Shown: positions 1 to 9,673 of the stretch, one piece after another
Numbering within the stretch: position 1 is the first letter of the stretch
Layout of the letters: every line of letters starts with the position of its first letter
Assembly: GCA_902384585.1 (NCBI GenBank)
Contig: CABMCJ010000002.1
Span: 88,629-152,628 of the forward strand
Direction: 5' to 3'
DNA: 64,000 nucleotides
From: Candidatus Anstonella stagnisolia
Lineage (GTDB): Archaea; Micrarchaeota; Micrarchaeia; Anstonellales; Anstonellaceae
Program-made: the position numbers and the translations under genes
The notes under the pieces: generated by a model
What the model was told of the DNA's origin: nothing
What the model saw: the letters and a program-made list of their open reading frames with translations, nothing else
The model's database searches: none

Positions 1-435
1 AGGAAAATAACGAGCAACAGTGAGCTCGCAGATGCATTCTTGCGGGCAATGTTTCCCTCTGGCAGGGCATATGGGAATCTTGGCAAGGCAGCAGCGGGTT
101 TTACTGAAGCAGTAAGAGAGAGCAAGATCGATTTGCCGGCGCGTTTTGCCCAAAAAGGAAATTTGGATGGGATATGGGTAAATCCAACAATATGGGTACC
201 AGTAGGGGGAGACGTGCTTGAAGTCAATTTCAAGGTTATTTTAGTTGAATTGCTGGAGGGCGCCGACCCGAGAACAGTTGGGGCAGAACTCAAAGATAAG
301 TTTGACACGTGTGATATATGGGGGGTTATTAACGCTGAAATAAATCGCTCTGACATAGGCTCCAGCGCACACATGCGTGCAATGAATGATACGTCCCCGT
401 CGCACGAAAACGCAGTAAGGATACGAGAGGGATAA
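1..435 (+). CDS. Hypothetical protein, 5'-truncated by window edge
   Basis: Frame is open from base 1 to TAA at 433-435, followed by a T-rich tract; no recognisable motif. Confidence 0.6.
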   Translation, partial: RKITSNSELADAFLRAMFPSGRAYGNLGKAAAGFTEAVRESKIDLPARFAQKGNLDGIWVNPTIWVPVGGDVLEVNFKVILVELLEGADPRTVGAELKDKFDTCDIWGVINAEINRSDIGSSAHMRAMNDTSPSHENAVRIREG

Positions 436-474
436 ACGTTCTCCTTTTTATTTTTATACAGTGCTAATTCTTGC

Positions 475-1383
475 ATGTACGACCTTGCAATTATTGGAGG
501 CGGCGTGAGCGGTTTTGGGGCTGCCATGTACGCGGGAAGATTCGAGCTGAGCACAGTGCTTTTTGCGGAGCAGCGCGGAGGGGTTCTTATAAACACCGAC
601 GAGGTTGCGAATTACCCCGCATTCAAGATGATAAGCGGGTTTGAGCTTGCGCAAAAAATTGAGGAGCATGCGCTTGAGTACAAGGTGGAAGTGCGCGACG
701 AGAAAGTTGTGGGGATAAATAGGGAGAAGGACGGGACATTTACTCTTACGGGAACAAGCACAAGCGCGCAGGCAAAAACAGTAATACTTGCAACGGGCAC
801 GCAATGGAAGAAATTAGGCGCGCCTGGGGAAAAGGAGTATGCGAACAAGGGAGTGCACTACTGCGCGCTTTGCGACGGGGCGTTTTACAAGGGAAAAGTT
901 ATCGGGGTAGTGGGCGGAAGCGACTCTGCGACAAAAGAGTCTCTCCTGCTTGCAGGGTATGGGAGCAAGGTGTACATTTTTGCAAGGGGGGAGAAGTTGA
1001 GGGCGGAACCAATTAACCTTAAGAGGGCGCTCACAAATCCGAAAATAGAAATTGTTACGGGAACGCAGGTGAAAGAGGTAAAGGGCGAGAATGGGAGGGT
1101 GAAAAGTGTTGTGCTTTCAAAGCCCCTAAAGGGAAAAAGCGAACTTGCGCTTGACGCGCTCTTTGTGGAAATAGGGCATGTGCCGCTCTCTGAGCTTGCA
1201 AAGCAGGCTGGGGCGGAACTGAACGAGAAGGGCGAAGTGAAAATAGACCGCAACTGCAAGACGAACGTGCCGGGCTTTTATGCTGCAGGGGATGTTGCGG
1301 ATACGGAATTCAAGCAGGCTATTACGGGCGTTGCGGAAGGGGTCATAGCAGCTTATTCTGCTTACAAGCACATCGGAAAATAG
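475..1383 (+). CDS. trxB: Thioredoxin-disulfide reductase
   Basis: IIGGGVSG FAD motif, YCALCDG CxxC active site, VVGGSDSA NADPH motif, YAAGDV. Confidence 0.95.
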   Translation: MYDLAIIGGGVSGFGAAMYAGRFELSTVLFAEQRGGVLINTDEVANYPAFKMISGFELAQKIEEHALEYKVEVRDEKVVGINREKDGTFTLTGTSTSAQAKTVILATGTQWKKLGAPGEKEYANKGVHYCALCDGAFYKGKVIGVVGGSDSATKESLLLAGYGSKVYIFARGEKLRAEPINLKRALTNPKIEIVTGTQVKEVKGENGRVKSVVLSKPLKGKSELALDALFVEIGHVPLSELAKQAGAELNEKGEVKIDRNCKTNVPGFYAAGDVADTEFKQAITGVAEGVIAAYSAYKHIGK

Positions 1384-1390
1384 TGAAAGC

Positions 1391-2197
1391 ATGCTAGTTG
1401 AAAAGGAAAAGAAAGTGGAGAAAAAGCCTGATTACATAGGGGCAGCTTATTTTGGGGTTGCAGCTATTTACTGCGTTTATGTGATTCTAAGCGGCGAAGA
1501 ATATTTGCCAGTGCCGGTTGTTGCGCCTGCCTTTTACATGCTGTTGACCGTAATGTGCATTGGGGCAATTGCATACGTTTGCAGGCTTGCCGCCTCTGTT
1601 TTTTCAAGCTTCAAGGACAGCAAAAAAATGAAAGAGGAGTTTGAAGGCGTGGGGCAGGCAGTTGGGGATTTTCTCGTAATGCTCATTGTTGCAGGCATAT
1701 TGTTCAAGGCGGTTGAGCCGGAAAAAATAGGGGGATTTTTTGACCCTTATTCGCTGCTGCTTGTTGCGTTTTCCCTTCTCGCGCTTGCGGTGCGCGCTTT
1801 CCAGAAAAGCAGCAAAGAAGGAGCACTTTCCCTTTCAAAGATGCATGAGGCCGCGCGCGCGCTTGCCATCAAGCCGGCAATTTCAGTTGTTTTTGTGCTT
1901 ATTGCGTTCTATTTCCTTGTGCCGGCAGGAAGGGAAGCATATAATATCAAATGGGATGCCCTTGTGAGCAGGCTTGTTGGCTGGTGGCTTGTATGCTGGA
2001 TTGGCTTTGCGCTTGCAACTAAAAAGGACCTGCTCACGTATACGGGATACGCGCGTGCGATAGTGTGCGGGACTGTGTGCCTGTTCCTTTTGTACCTTGC
2101 AACTAGCTTTGTTTCAAACCAGCAGCTTGCAATAGTTGGGATTGCGCTTGTGTATGCGTTCCTTGCGCTTGCGGAATTCAAAGGAGAACTGGATTAG
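1391..2197 (+). CDS. Hypothetical multi-pass membrane protein
   Basis: 268-aa ORF with about 8 hydrophobic segments, 7 nt after trxB. Confidence 0.7.
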   Translation: MLVEKEKKVEKKPDYIGAAYFGVAAIYCVYVILSGEEYLPVPVVAPAFYMLLTVMCIGAIAYVCRLAASVFSSFKDSKKMKEEFEGVGQAVGDFLVMLIVAGILFKAVEPEKIGGFFDPYSLLLVAFSLLALAVRAFQKSSKEGALSLSKMHEAARALAIKPAISVVFVLIAFYFLVPAGREAYNIKWDALVSRLVGWWLVCWIGFALATKKDLLTYTGYARAIVCGTVCLFLLYLATSFVSNQQLAIVGIALVYAFLALAEFKGELD

Positions 2198-3285
2198 AGG
2201 AGCGCTTTTTTTATCTCTTCAAGGGGCGCATTTGTCCTAAAGCAGGTTGGGGAGAAATGCGTGCGGGAATAGGAAAAGCCTTTTTGTGTGAGGGAATTTT
2301 GCAACTTTTCAAGCGAAGGCGCGCCTATTTTCATCTTTTTTGAGAGGGTGTGCGCATCGTAGTGGAAGGGAGGGAGAAGCATCTCTTCTGAAATTGTGGG
2401 GAGTATTTTTCCAAGCTGCTCCTGCTGCAGATATGGGCGGGAAGGGAGGAGTTCTTGCATCTTTTGAATGTGGGATTGCTCCCAAAGCGAGCCTAACCAG
2501 AGGGGGCCTGCGTGCTGCAAAGGGGTGCCGCATTCGCATATTTTCTTTGTTGGGAATTTGCCCCATTCCCTATAAAGGCATTTTGGGCAGTAGCTCACGT
2601 ATCCAAGGGATTTTATGGAGGAAACTGCCGGCACTGCGCCCTTTTGGACACGGAGGAGGACTTTCACGTAGTGGCGGTGAGAAAAGGAGAAAACTGGGGA
2701 AATTCCGTACTCGAAATCTGCTGCGGAACGCGCAATTTTTGAAATCAAGATGCGGATTGCGTTTTCATGGCAGAATTCGCAATTGAGGGGGGAGCATTGG
2801 TATATTTTGTAGCAGGCGTCCGAATGCGCGCCGCAAAGCACTGCGGTGTCTGTTGCGGTTGCGCACAAGTATGCGGACTTTTTGTCGCCGAGTGAGAAAG
2901 AGGAGAATGCATGATGCAAGTATGGGGCGGGAGTCCCGAATGGGTCTATTTCTAGGAAATCAAAAGAGTGCTTTGCAAGGAAATTCTCTATTTTGTTTTT
3001 GTATGCGTGTGCGTTCTTGAGCTTGTTGAGCGCGATATTTTTCTTGCATGCGGCTGCTGCAGTAAGCGACCAATCTACGAGTGCGAGCTTTGAGATATTT
3101 TTGTTTTCAAGCTTGTATCTTATTCCACGTGCGCCAGTTGCTGCAAAGCCGTCGCAAAGTGTGAGCTTTTTTTCCTGGAGCGCGCCTATTGAAAGGGAAA
3201 AAATATCGCGGCAAAGCTGCATATGCGGGTTGAAGAATACGCCTTCAGGTGCATTTATTTGCGCGAGCCCTTCTTTTAGCTTCAT
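2194..3285 (-). CDS. trm1: tRNA (guanine26-N2)-dimethyltransferase
   Basis: VFFNP, ATGARGIRY, IDPFGTP, TATD, GPLWLG, RTHF..TNAP motifs; start placed at MKLKEG. Confidence 0.95.
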   Translation of the reverse strand: MKLKEGLAQINAPEGVFFNPHMQLCRDIFSLSIGALQEKKLTLCDGFAATGARGIRYKLENKNISKLALVDWSLTAAAACKKNIALNKLKNAHAYKNKIENFLAKHSFDFLEIDPFGTPAPYLHHAFSSFSLGDKKSAYLCATATDTAVLCGAHSDACYKIYQCSPLNCEFCHENAIRILISKIARSAADFEYGISPVFSFSHRHYVKVLLRVQKGAVPAVSSIKSLGYVSYCPKCLYREWGKFPTKKICECGTPLQHAGPLWLGSLWEQSHIQKMQELLPSRPYLQQEQLGKILPTISEEMLLPPFHYDAHTLSKKMKIGAPSLEKLQNSLTQKGFSYSRTHFSPTCFRTNAPLEEIKKALL

Positions 3286-3336
3286 AAGAAAGTTGGGTGC
3301 GCAAAACTTCATAAAGCAAGCATGCAAAAATAGTGC

Positions 3337-4593
3337 ATGAGGATTTCGCCTTCAATAATTTCGGGCAGCTTTTCTGCCCCGCCTTCAAAGGCTGCGAGCA
3401 TGCGCGCGATAATATGCGCATCCCTTTCTGCTGGGGGGAGCCTTGTGAGGAACTGCTCGCAGGCAGCAGACGTGCAGGACACCATAGGGGCGTGCAATGC
3501 GCTTGGGGTTTATACGCACTGGGTGGAAAAGGATTTGCAGGTAATGGGAGGGGGGTTTGCGCTGCCTGCTGGCGAAGTGAACTGCGGGGAGAGCGCTGCA
3601 ACGCTTAAGATGCTCCTGCCACTTATGGGGCTTTTTGGGGAAGAGATAACGCTTGGCGGAGGGGAGGGCCTGAAGAAAAGGCAGATTGGGCCCCTTGAGG
3701 AAACAATGGAAAAAATCGGGCTGAAAATGAAAACAAGCGGGTTTGTGCCGATTACTGTTTCGGGAGAATTGGAATTTGAAAGGCTGAGCGTGCATCCCAA
3801 TGTGGGCACGCAATTTCTTTCAGGGGTGCTAATGTGCATGCCATTGCAGGGGCATGAGAGCTTCCTTGAGATGCCAAGGGCTCTTGTTGCGGCTGAGAAT
3901 TTGAGGCTCACGCTTGGGATAATGGAAAAATTCGGGATAAGCGCAAAAGCATCCGAGGAAATGGACATTGTATTCTGCCCTGCGCCGCAGGAGTATGTGG
4001 GATGCGAGTATGAGGTGGGCGGGGATTTTGGGGCTGCTGCATATTTGCTTGGGGCGGGCGCGATAAACGGGAAAGTGAAAGCGAACGGGCTTAGCATGGA
4101 AATGCACGCTGCCGAAAAGCGCATTTGCGAAATATTGCAGCAGATGGGAACGTTTGTGATAGTGGATGAGGAGGAGAAAAGCGTTGGTGCGAGCGTTGGG
4201 GAACTTACTGGAATCGGGATGGATGCAACTGACATTGGTGGGCTTGTGCCATTGCTTGCGGTCCTTGGATGCTATGCAAAGGGAACTACCGTGATAAAGA
4301 ACGTGGGAAGGCTGCGAAGAAGGGAGCCGGACAGGGTTGCATGCATTGCTAAAAATCTTAGATTAATGGGCGGCATTGTGGAAGAGGAAGAGAACTCCAT
4401 TACGGTGAGGCAGAGCGCGCTCGTTGGGGCAAAAGTGGATGCAGAAGGGGATGGAAAGGTTGCGATGGCGCTTGCAGTTGCGGCACTTGGGGCAAAGGGA
4501 AAAACAGAAATAGTGGGAAGCGAATGCGTTGGGAGGAGCTATCCAAACTTCTTTGAGGACTTGGAAAAAATTGGGGCCCAGGTTGAGGACTAG
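3337..4593 (+). CDS. aroA: EPSP synthase (AroA)-family protein with divergent active site
   Basis: PPSK..RA, QFLSG, E.DR, SYPNFF scaffold motifs over 418 aa; several catalytic residues substituted (see findings). Confidence 0.8.
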   Translation: MRISPSIISGSFSAPPSKAASMRAIICASLSAGGSLVRNCSQAADVQDTIGACNALGVYTHWVEKDLQVMGGGFALPAGEVNCGESAATLKMLLPLMGLFGEEITLGGGEGLKKRQIGPLEETMEKIGLKMKTSGFVPITVSGELEFERLSVHPNVGTQFLSGVLMCMPLQGHESFLEMPRALVAAENLRLTLGIMEKFGISAKASEEMDIVFCPAPQEYVGCEYEVGGDFGAAAYLLGAGAINGKVKANGLSMEMHAAEKRICEILQQMGTFVIVDEEEKSVGASVGELTGIGMDATDIGGLVPLLAVLGCYAKGTTVIKNVGRLRRREPDRVACIAKNLRLMGGIVEEEENSITVRQSALVGAKVDAEGDGKVAMALAVAALGAKGKTEIVGSECVGRSYPNFFEDLEKIGAQVED

Positions 4594-4675
4594 TTTTTGA
4601 AAGTGCGCATATGCGCGGCGATAAAGGCAAGGGTATATATACTCGTATATACATAAAAATAAACAGGTGATATTA

Positions 4676-5152
4676 ATGATGGTTAGTCCAACCCAGCCAG
4701 AGCCATACTTGGGCCTGAAGGCAATAACAGTTGATTTGGCGCAGTTTAGTGCGGCTCGAACGAAGGCAGCCGCGCTTCGAAATAAGGCAGATGCTCTTCT
4801 GAGGAAGGCAGACGAAGTGGTAACTCACAAATCAGGTTCATGGCAATCAAAGGAAGTGTCATTCTCTACTGAGGCAGACAAGGTATTGAGCTACATGGTG
4901 GGTTCGGGGCAATCAAAAATATTGATGTCCCATACTAGCGAAGGCTGCATAAATGTTGTCCGCGAAAAATACGATTGAGAAGTAATCGGCAAAGCGGTAG
5001 AAGTTATTGACTTGAATAAGGCAGGTCTTGATGAAAATGGCATCGCGAAGCTGATACTGGATGCAAATGCAGCAGGCCAGATAACGTATGCGATAACGCG
5101 CGGCAGCGACTCTTTTGTATTGATTGTTGGGCTCATTGCGGACAAACTGTAA
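4676..5152 (+). pseudogene. Orphan gene interrupted by in-frame TGA at 4976-4978
   Basis: GGTGA SD and AT-rich promoter upstream; same frame continues 57 sense codons past the TGA to TAA at 5150-5152, filling the gap to the next gene. Confidence 0.5.
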
Positions 5153-5161
5153 AGCTGCGCC

Positions 5162-5416
5162 TTATTTCTTCAGCCTGAAGGCATCAAGAAGCCCGTGCGC
5201 GTAGTTTATTGCGCCAAATGCGGTTACATAATCTTTTTTTTGCAGGAAATATTTCGTGTCCTCGCAGTATTTTTCCGTGAGGGAAAGTGCGTGGGAATTC
5301 TGGGCGGTTTTTTTCACTTGCGGCAAATTCGCATGGAATTGCTCTATATCTGAGAGAACGCGCTTTTCCTGCTCTTTTTCCCAAGAAGGGGAATAAGGGG
5401 TGATTTTGGGCTTCAT
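5162..5416 (-). CDS. DUF357-family protein
   Basis: [25 protein letters not shown] signature. Confidence 0.85.
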   Translation of the reverse strand: MKPKITPYSPSWEKEQEKRVLSDIEQFHANLPQVKKTAQNSHALSLTEKYCEDTKYFLQKKDYVTAFGAINYAHGLLDAFRLKK

Positions 5417-5492
5417 AAGAGGCAGTTGGATGCAAGCTTTTTATATGTATGGCAGCAAATTAAACCTGTTAATTCTTACTGTAGGTGACTAT

Positions 5493-5606
5493 TTGGGATC
5501 AAGACCAAGAAAATGGAAAAAGAAAGGCAGGATGCGCTGGAAATGGGTAAAGAAAAGGCGCAAACGCCTCAAGAGAAAAATTAAGCGAAGGGTTGGCGAG
5601 CTTTAG
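5493..5606 (+). CDS. rpl41e: Ribosomal protein eS32 (formerly L41e), 37 aa, TTG start
   Basis: [19 protein letters not shown] matches archaeal L41e; AGGTGA SD 4 nt upstream of TTG. Confidence 0.9.
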   Translation: MGSRPRKWKKKGRMRWKWVKKRRKRLKRKIKRRVGEL

Positions 5607-5726
5607 GCAGCCGGCGGCATTAGTGTATGCACGTTTAGCGCGAGCATTAAAGTTAGCCGCTTGCTTCATGGGCGCGCGTGCACTGGGCAGGTTCGCTTTT
5701 TTCAGGAAGGCGCGTTCTTTACTGGA

Positions 5727-6317
5727 CTAGCCGATTCGCTCTTGGTAGCGCGCGCGGCTTTCCACTTTTTTCATTAAGGAGAGTACTGCGGGCGAGCCGC
5801 CTGCACTAGAGTAGCATTGCACAAAGTATGCGCCGGTTTTCACTAGTGCGTTTTTCATTGTGAGCAAATCCACTGCCTTGTGCTAGTTGTCGTGGCTCGT
5901 AAAACCAAGACCGAAATCTATCACTGCAATTCCTTTTTTTGTGTCCATGAGGTTTGCAGGAGTGAAATCCCCGTGTATTATGTGCAGGGAGTGCAAAGCG
6001 GCGAGCATTTGCGCGAACTTTTTTGCGTGCGCATGGGAAATTCTCTTTCCTGAGAAAATTTTCCCGCTTAGCTTTTCCATTGTAATTGAGAATTCGGATG
6101 TGGAATATACGAGGGGGCAGAGCACTCCGGCATCCTTTGCGCGCGAAAGAAGGCGGGCTTCCACCTTTGTGCGTGAGCGGCGGATTTTTTCATCTAGAGA
6201 AGATGGGCGGTATTTTTTGGGATTGCGCACTTTCTCTAACGCGGGCATTGAGCAGAAAGTTGTTGTGTAAAGTTTTGCCTCTGCGCCTTTGGAAAAAACG
6301 TGCGTGTCTAAACCCAT
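5727..6317 (-). pseudogene. bud32: KEOPS kinase Bud32, interrupted by in-frame TAG at 5883-5885
   Basis: GAEA, K.R.PK.YR, IIHGDFTPAN, IDFGL; frame continues past the stop as HKAVDLL...KKVESRARY to TAG at 5727-5729. Confidence 0.85.
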
Positions 6318-6326
6318 AACTGCACC

Positions 6327-6944
6327 TTAGAATGTAACGATTGAGGAACCGAGGAAGCAAAGCATGAAAACAGCAAGCCAAATTTGCCAGTTCCATGCAA
6401 TAACCTTGCTGCCGTCAAGGGGGAAAATCGGGAGAAGGTTGAAGAGCGCAAGGAAAATGTTCACCTGCGCGCCTATGAAGAAAATGGGCGCGAGGATTTC
6501 GTTTGGAAGAACAAGGAAAAGGACTAGGAAGAGCGCGCAAAGCGCAATGTTTGTTGCAGGGCCTGCAAGGGAAATTATGCCGTTTTGCTTTGAAGAAATT
6601 TGCCCCCTGTAAGCGTATATGTACACTGCACCAGGCGCTAGTATGAGGGGGAGGGAAAAGCCGAAAAGCTGGGGCACGATTGCAAGGGAGAGCATGAGCA
6701 CCAAGCCTGCGGGCCATGCCTGGAAGCGCGCGCGTGCCCCGTATTTAACTGCAAAATACTTGTGCGCAAGCTCGTGCAGCACAAAACCGCTTCCTACGGT
6801 GATGCCAAAAACAATCATGAGGAAAATGAAGTGCCCCGCATCCATCTTTATGCCGCCCTGCGCAAAAGTTATGGAGAGGGAGATTGCGACTATTGAAACA
6901 AGCATGTGGATTGCTTCGTCTGTGTCGATTGAGAATTTGCCCAT
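6327..6944 (-). CDS. Site-2 protease / M50 zinc metallopeptidase
   Basis: HELAH, AGP..N and FNLLPIFPLDG motifs in a hydrophobic protein. Confidence 0.93.
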   Translation of the reverse strand: MGKFSIDTDEAIHMLVSIVAISLSITFAQGGIKMDAGHFIFLMIVFGITVGSGFVLHELAHKYFAVKYGARARFQAWPAGLVLMLSLAIVPQLFGFSLPLILAPGAVYIYAYRGQISSKQNGIISLAGPATNIALCALFLVLFLVLPNEILAPIFFIGAQVNIFLALFNLLPIFPLDGSKVIAWNWQIWLAVFMLCFLGSSIVTF

Positions 6945-6953
6945 TTTTGCACC

Positions 6954-7349
6954 TTAGAGTATTTTCAAATCTTTTTGCGAAAGGGAAACGCGCGCGGGGG
7001 AGAGTATTCCGGAATAGGAATCAACTGTTGCCTCCATTTCGGGACCGCCATCAAGCGCAACGCGTATTTTCTTCCCTATATGCCCTTTCTCAAGCGCGGT
7101 TGCGTGCTTTGCAACAAAGCCGGTTATGCTGGAGGTTGTGCCCGCAACAACGACTACCCTGTCCCCGTTTTGCACTCCACGCACGTGCGTGTATATGAAA
7201 GGGGCTAGAAGTGAAACGCCCAAGCTTGCTGCAAGCATTTTTGCAAGCAGCCCAAGGGATGCGCCCGGAAGGACTGCGTAAGCGAGCAGGGAAAGCGCGC
7301 TGCACGCTACCAAAGAACGGAAGAAAATCCCTAGTTTCATTTCCTTCAC
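6954..7349 (-). CDS. Hypothetical protein, two N-terminal TM helices plus small beta domain (NfeD-like architecture)
   Basis: Hydrophobic N-terminus; start overlaps the cdc48 stop by 4 nt. Confidence 0.65.
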   Translation of the reverse strand: MKEMKLGIFFRSLVACSALSLLAYAVLPGASLGLLAKMLAASLGVSLLAPFIYTHVRGVQNGDRVVVVAGTTSSITGFVAKHATALEKGHIGKKIRVALDGGPEMEATVDSYSGILSPARVSLSQKDLKIL

Positions 7350-9502
7350 CTAAACATGGAGTCGTGCCCACCCTTTGCGAACTTCTTTATGCGCTCAACG
7401 TATTCTTTTGAGATAGAGGGCTTTACTGCAGTGAAAGCCTCTGTGAAATCCGCGGTTGAGATTGCGTCCGACCCTTTGCGTATTGCAACCATGCCTGCCT
7501 CGCGGCACACGTTCTCTATGTCGGCGCCCGTGTAGCCTTCGGATTTTTCCGCCAGCTCGTCCATGGAAACGCTTTTCGCAATGGGCATTTTCTTTGTGTG
7601 TATCTTGAAAATTTCCTGCCGCGTTCTCTCGTCGGGAGGGGGAATCTCGATTATCTTGTCGAACCTGCCCGGGCGAAGAAGCGCCGCATCAAGCATCTCG
7701 GGGCGGTTTGTTGCCGCGAGCACGAGAATGTTCTTGAGGTCCGTGAGCCCGTCCATCTCTATGAGGAGCCCGTTCACAATGTCCTCGTGTATCACTGAGG
7801 GGTTGTCTGCTGCACGCGAACGCCCGATTGTGTCTATCTCGTCTATGAAGATGACACAGGGGGCGGACATGCGCGCGCGGCGGAAGAGCTCGCGCGTAAG
7901 GCGCGCGGATTCTCCAACGTGGCGGTGCAAAAGCTCGGAGCCCTTTATGGAAATGAAGTTTGTCTCCGCTTCAGTTGCAACTGCCTTTGCGAGCATTGTT
8001 TTCCCTACTCCGGGCAAGCCTACCAAGAGGATTCCTTTTACGGGCCGAATGCCCATTTTCGCAAAGGTTTCCGGGCGCTTAAGGGGCAGGTCAACTGCCT
8101 CTTTGAGCTCCTTTTTCACTGTGTCAAAGCCGCCGATGTCTATCCAGTGCACGTTGGGGCGCTCTACAAAGACTTCCCGCAGTGCGGATGGGTGGATTTC
8201 GCGCAATGCGCCTGAGAAATCGTCCGCAGTAACGCGCATCTTGTCAAGTATTTCAGGAGGTATGAACTCCTGTTCCAGGTCTATCTCAGGCAAAATCCTG
8301 CGCAGGCATTTCATTGCTGCCTCTTTTGCAAGCGAGGACAAGTCTGCGCCCGTGTAGCCGTGCGTTATGTTCGCAAGCTCGTCTAAGGATACGTCCTTTT
8401 CAAGCGGCATTTGCCTTGAGTGGATGAGAAGGATTTCCTTTCTCGCGTTCCGGTCCGGCACGCCTATTTCTATTTCCCTATCAAAGCGCCCTGGGCGGCG
8501 CAAGGCGGGGTCTATTGAGTTCGGCCTGTTTGTTGCGCCGATTACGATTACTTGCCCCCTGCCTTTTAGACCGTCTAGAAGGGTGAGAAGCTGGGACACC
8601 ATCCTGCGTTCCACTTCCCCTGTTACTTCTTCTCTTTTGGGTGCAATCGCATCTATCTCGTCCATGAAGATGATGGTGGGCGCATTGTCCTCTGCATCCT
8701 TGAAAATTTGGCGCAAGCGCTCTTCGCTCTCTCCTACGAACTTTGAGACAAGCTCAGGGCCTCCTATATGTATGAAATTTGCCTCGCTTTCGGATGCGAC
8801 TGCGCGCGCAAGAAGGGTTTTTCCTGTTCCGGGCGGGCCGTGGATGAGCACTCCCTTGGGGGCTTCTATTCCAAGCCTTTCAAAGAGCTCTGGGTGGCGC
8901 ATTGGGAGCTCCACCATTTCGCGCACCTTTTGGGTTGCGTCCTTCATCCCGCCTATATCTTCGTAGGAGATGGGTGCGACTACGCCTGGAGCCTCCTTTA
9001 TGGGCTCGTCCTTTATGAGCACTTCTGTATTCTCGTTCACAAGCACGATTGCCTGCGGCTGCACAATTGCGGCTACGAGCGGGAAAGAGGTTCCGAAAAC
9101 GCCTATGAAAATTGTGTCTCCGCGGCTTATTGCGCGCCCGACAAGCCTTTTCTTTACGAACTGGTCAAAGCCTGGTGAGTGCTGGTATTTGCTGCCTTGG
9201 GTGGGTGCGAGAATAATCTTTTTTGCGTCCTTGAGTTCTGCCTTCTTTACGTTTACTTTGTCGTTGAGAGCTACTTTGCAGTTAAGCCTGAGGTAGCCGT
9301 CCATGCGGATGAGCCCTAAGCCTTCGTCCTGCGGCTGCGCCTGCCATACCAAGGCTGCTGTGGAACGTTTTCCTTTTATCTCTACGATGTCGCCGGTATT
9401 CACGCCCAGCTCCATCCTGGACTTGGAATCTATGCGCACAAGCCACCTTCCAACGTCATTTGGAAGAGGCTCGGCAACGCGAAGCTCAACTGTTTTGCTC
9501 AT
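7346..9502 (-). CDS. cdc48: CDC48/VCP-family AAA+ ATPase
   Basis: N-domain plus two AAA modules (GPPGTGKT/DEID, GLPGVGKT/DEID, RPGRFD). Confidence 0.97.
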   Translation of the reverse strand: MSKTVELRVAEPLPNDVGRWLVRIDSKSRMELGVNTGDIVEIKGKRSTAALVWQAQPQDEGLGLIRMDGYLRLNCKVALNDKVNVKKAELKDAKKIILAPTQGSKYQHSPGFDQFVKKRLVGRAISRGDTIFIGVFGTSFPLVAAIVQPQAIVLVNENTEVLIKDEPIKEAPGVVAPISYEDIGGMKDATQKVREMVELPMRHPELFERLGIEAPKGVLIHGPPGTGKTLLARAVASESEANFIHIGGPELVSKFVGESEERLRQIFKDAEDNAPTIIFMDEIDAIAPKREEVTGEVERRMVSQLLTLLDGLKGRGQVIVIGATNRPNSIDPALRRPGRFDREIEIGVPDRNARKEILLIHSRQMPLEKDVSLDELANITHGYTGADLSSLAKEAAMKCLRRILPEIDLEQEFIPPEILDKMRVTADDFSGALREIHPSALREVFVERPNVHWIDIGGFDTVKKELKEAVDLPLKRPETFAKMGIRPVKGILLVGLPGVGKTMLAKAVATEAETNFISIKGSELLHRHVGESARLTRELFRRARMSAPCVIFIDEIDTIGRSRAADNPSVIHEDIVNGLLIEMDGLTDLKNILVLAATNRPEMLDAALLRPGRFDKIIEIPPPDERTRQEIFKIHTKKMPIAKSVSMDELAEKSEGYTGADIENVCREAGMVAIRKGSDAISTADFTEAFTAVKPSISKEYVERIKKFAKGGHDSMFR

Positions 9503-9607
9503 AAAACGCACCCCTGTTTTCCTATGGTAAAACGCCGTTAGAGTTTAAAAAGAGGAGGGGTTTTAGAGGGGCGGCAAAAGCCTATATACAACCTTCGCCC
9601 AAATACG

Positions 9608-9668
9608 TGCAATGATGAGTCGCACATAACTGAGCTAACGCTGTGATGACGTGACTTGACTCTGATAA
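9608..9668 (+). ncRNA. Box C/D 2'-O-methylation guide sRNA
   Basis: C box ATGATGA 9612-9618, D' CTGA 9630-9633, C' GTGATGA 9643-9649, D CTGA 9662-9665; 11- and 12-nt guides; TATA-like element at ~9583-9589; intergenic. Confidence 0.9.
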
Positions 9669-9673
9669 TATTT

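Noticed and set aside
4976-5160. Selenocysteine at the in-frame TGA
   Set aside because: No redox motif context and no recognisable SECIS-like hairpin
5400-5492. 68-aa version of the L41e ORF
   Set aside because: It overlaps the divergent DUF357 gene and promoter; the SD supports TTG at 5493
4976-5885. Genome-wide stop-codon reassignment
   Set aside because: Many clear genes end correctly at TAG (trxB, aroA, purE) and TGA (endoQ, rps8e)
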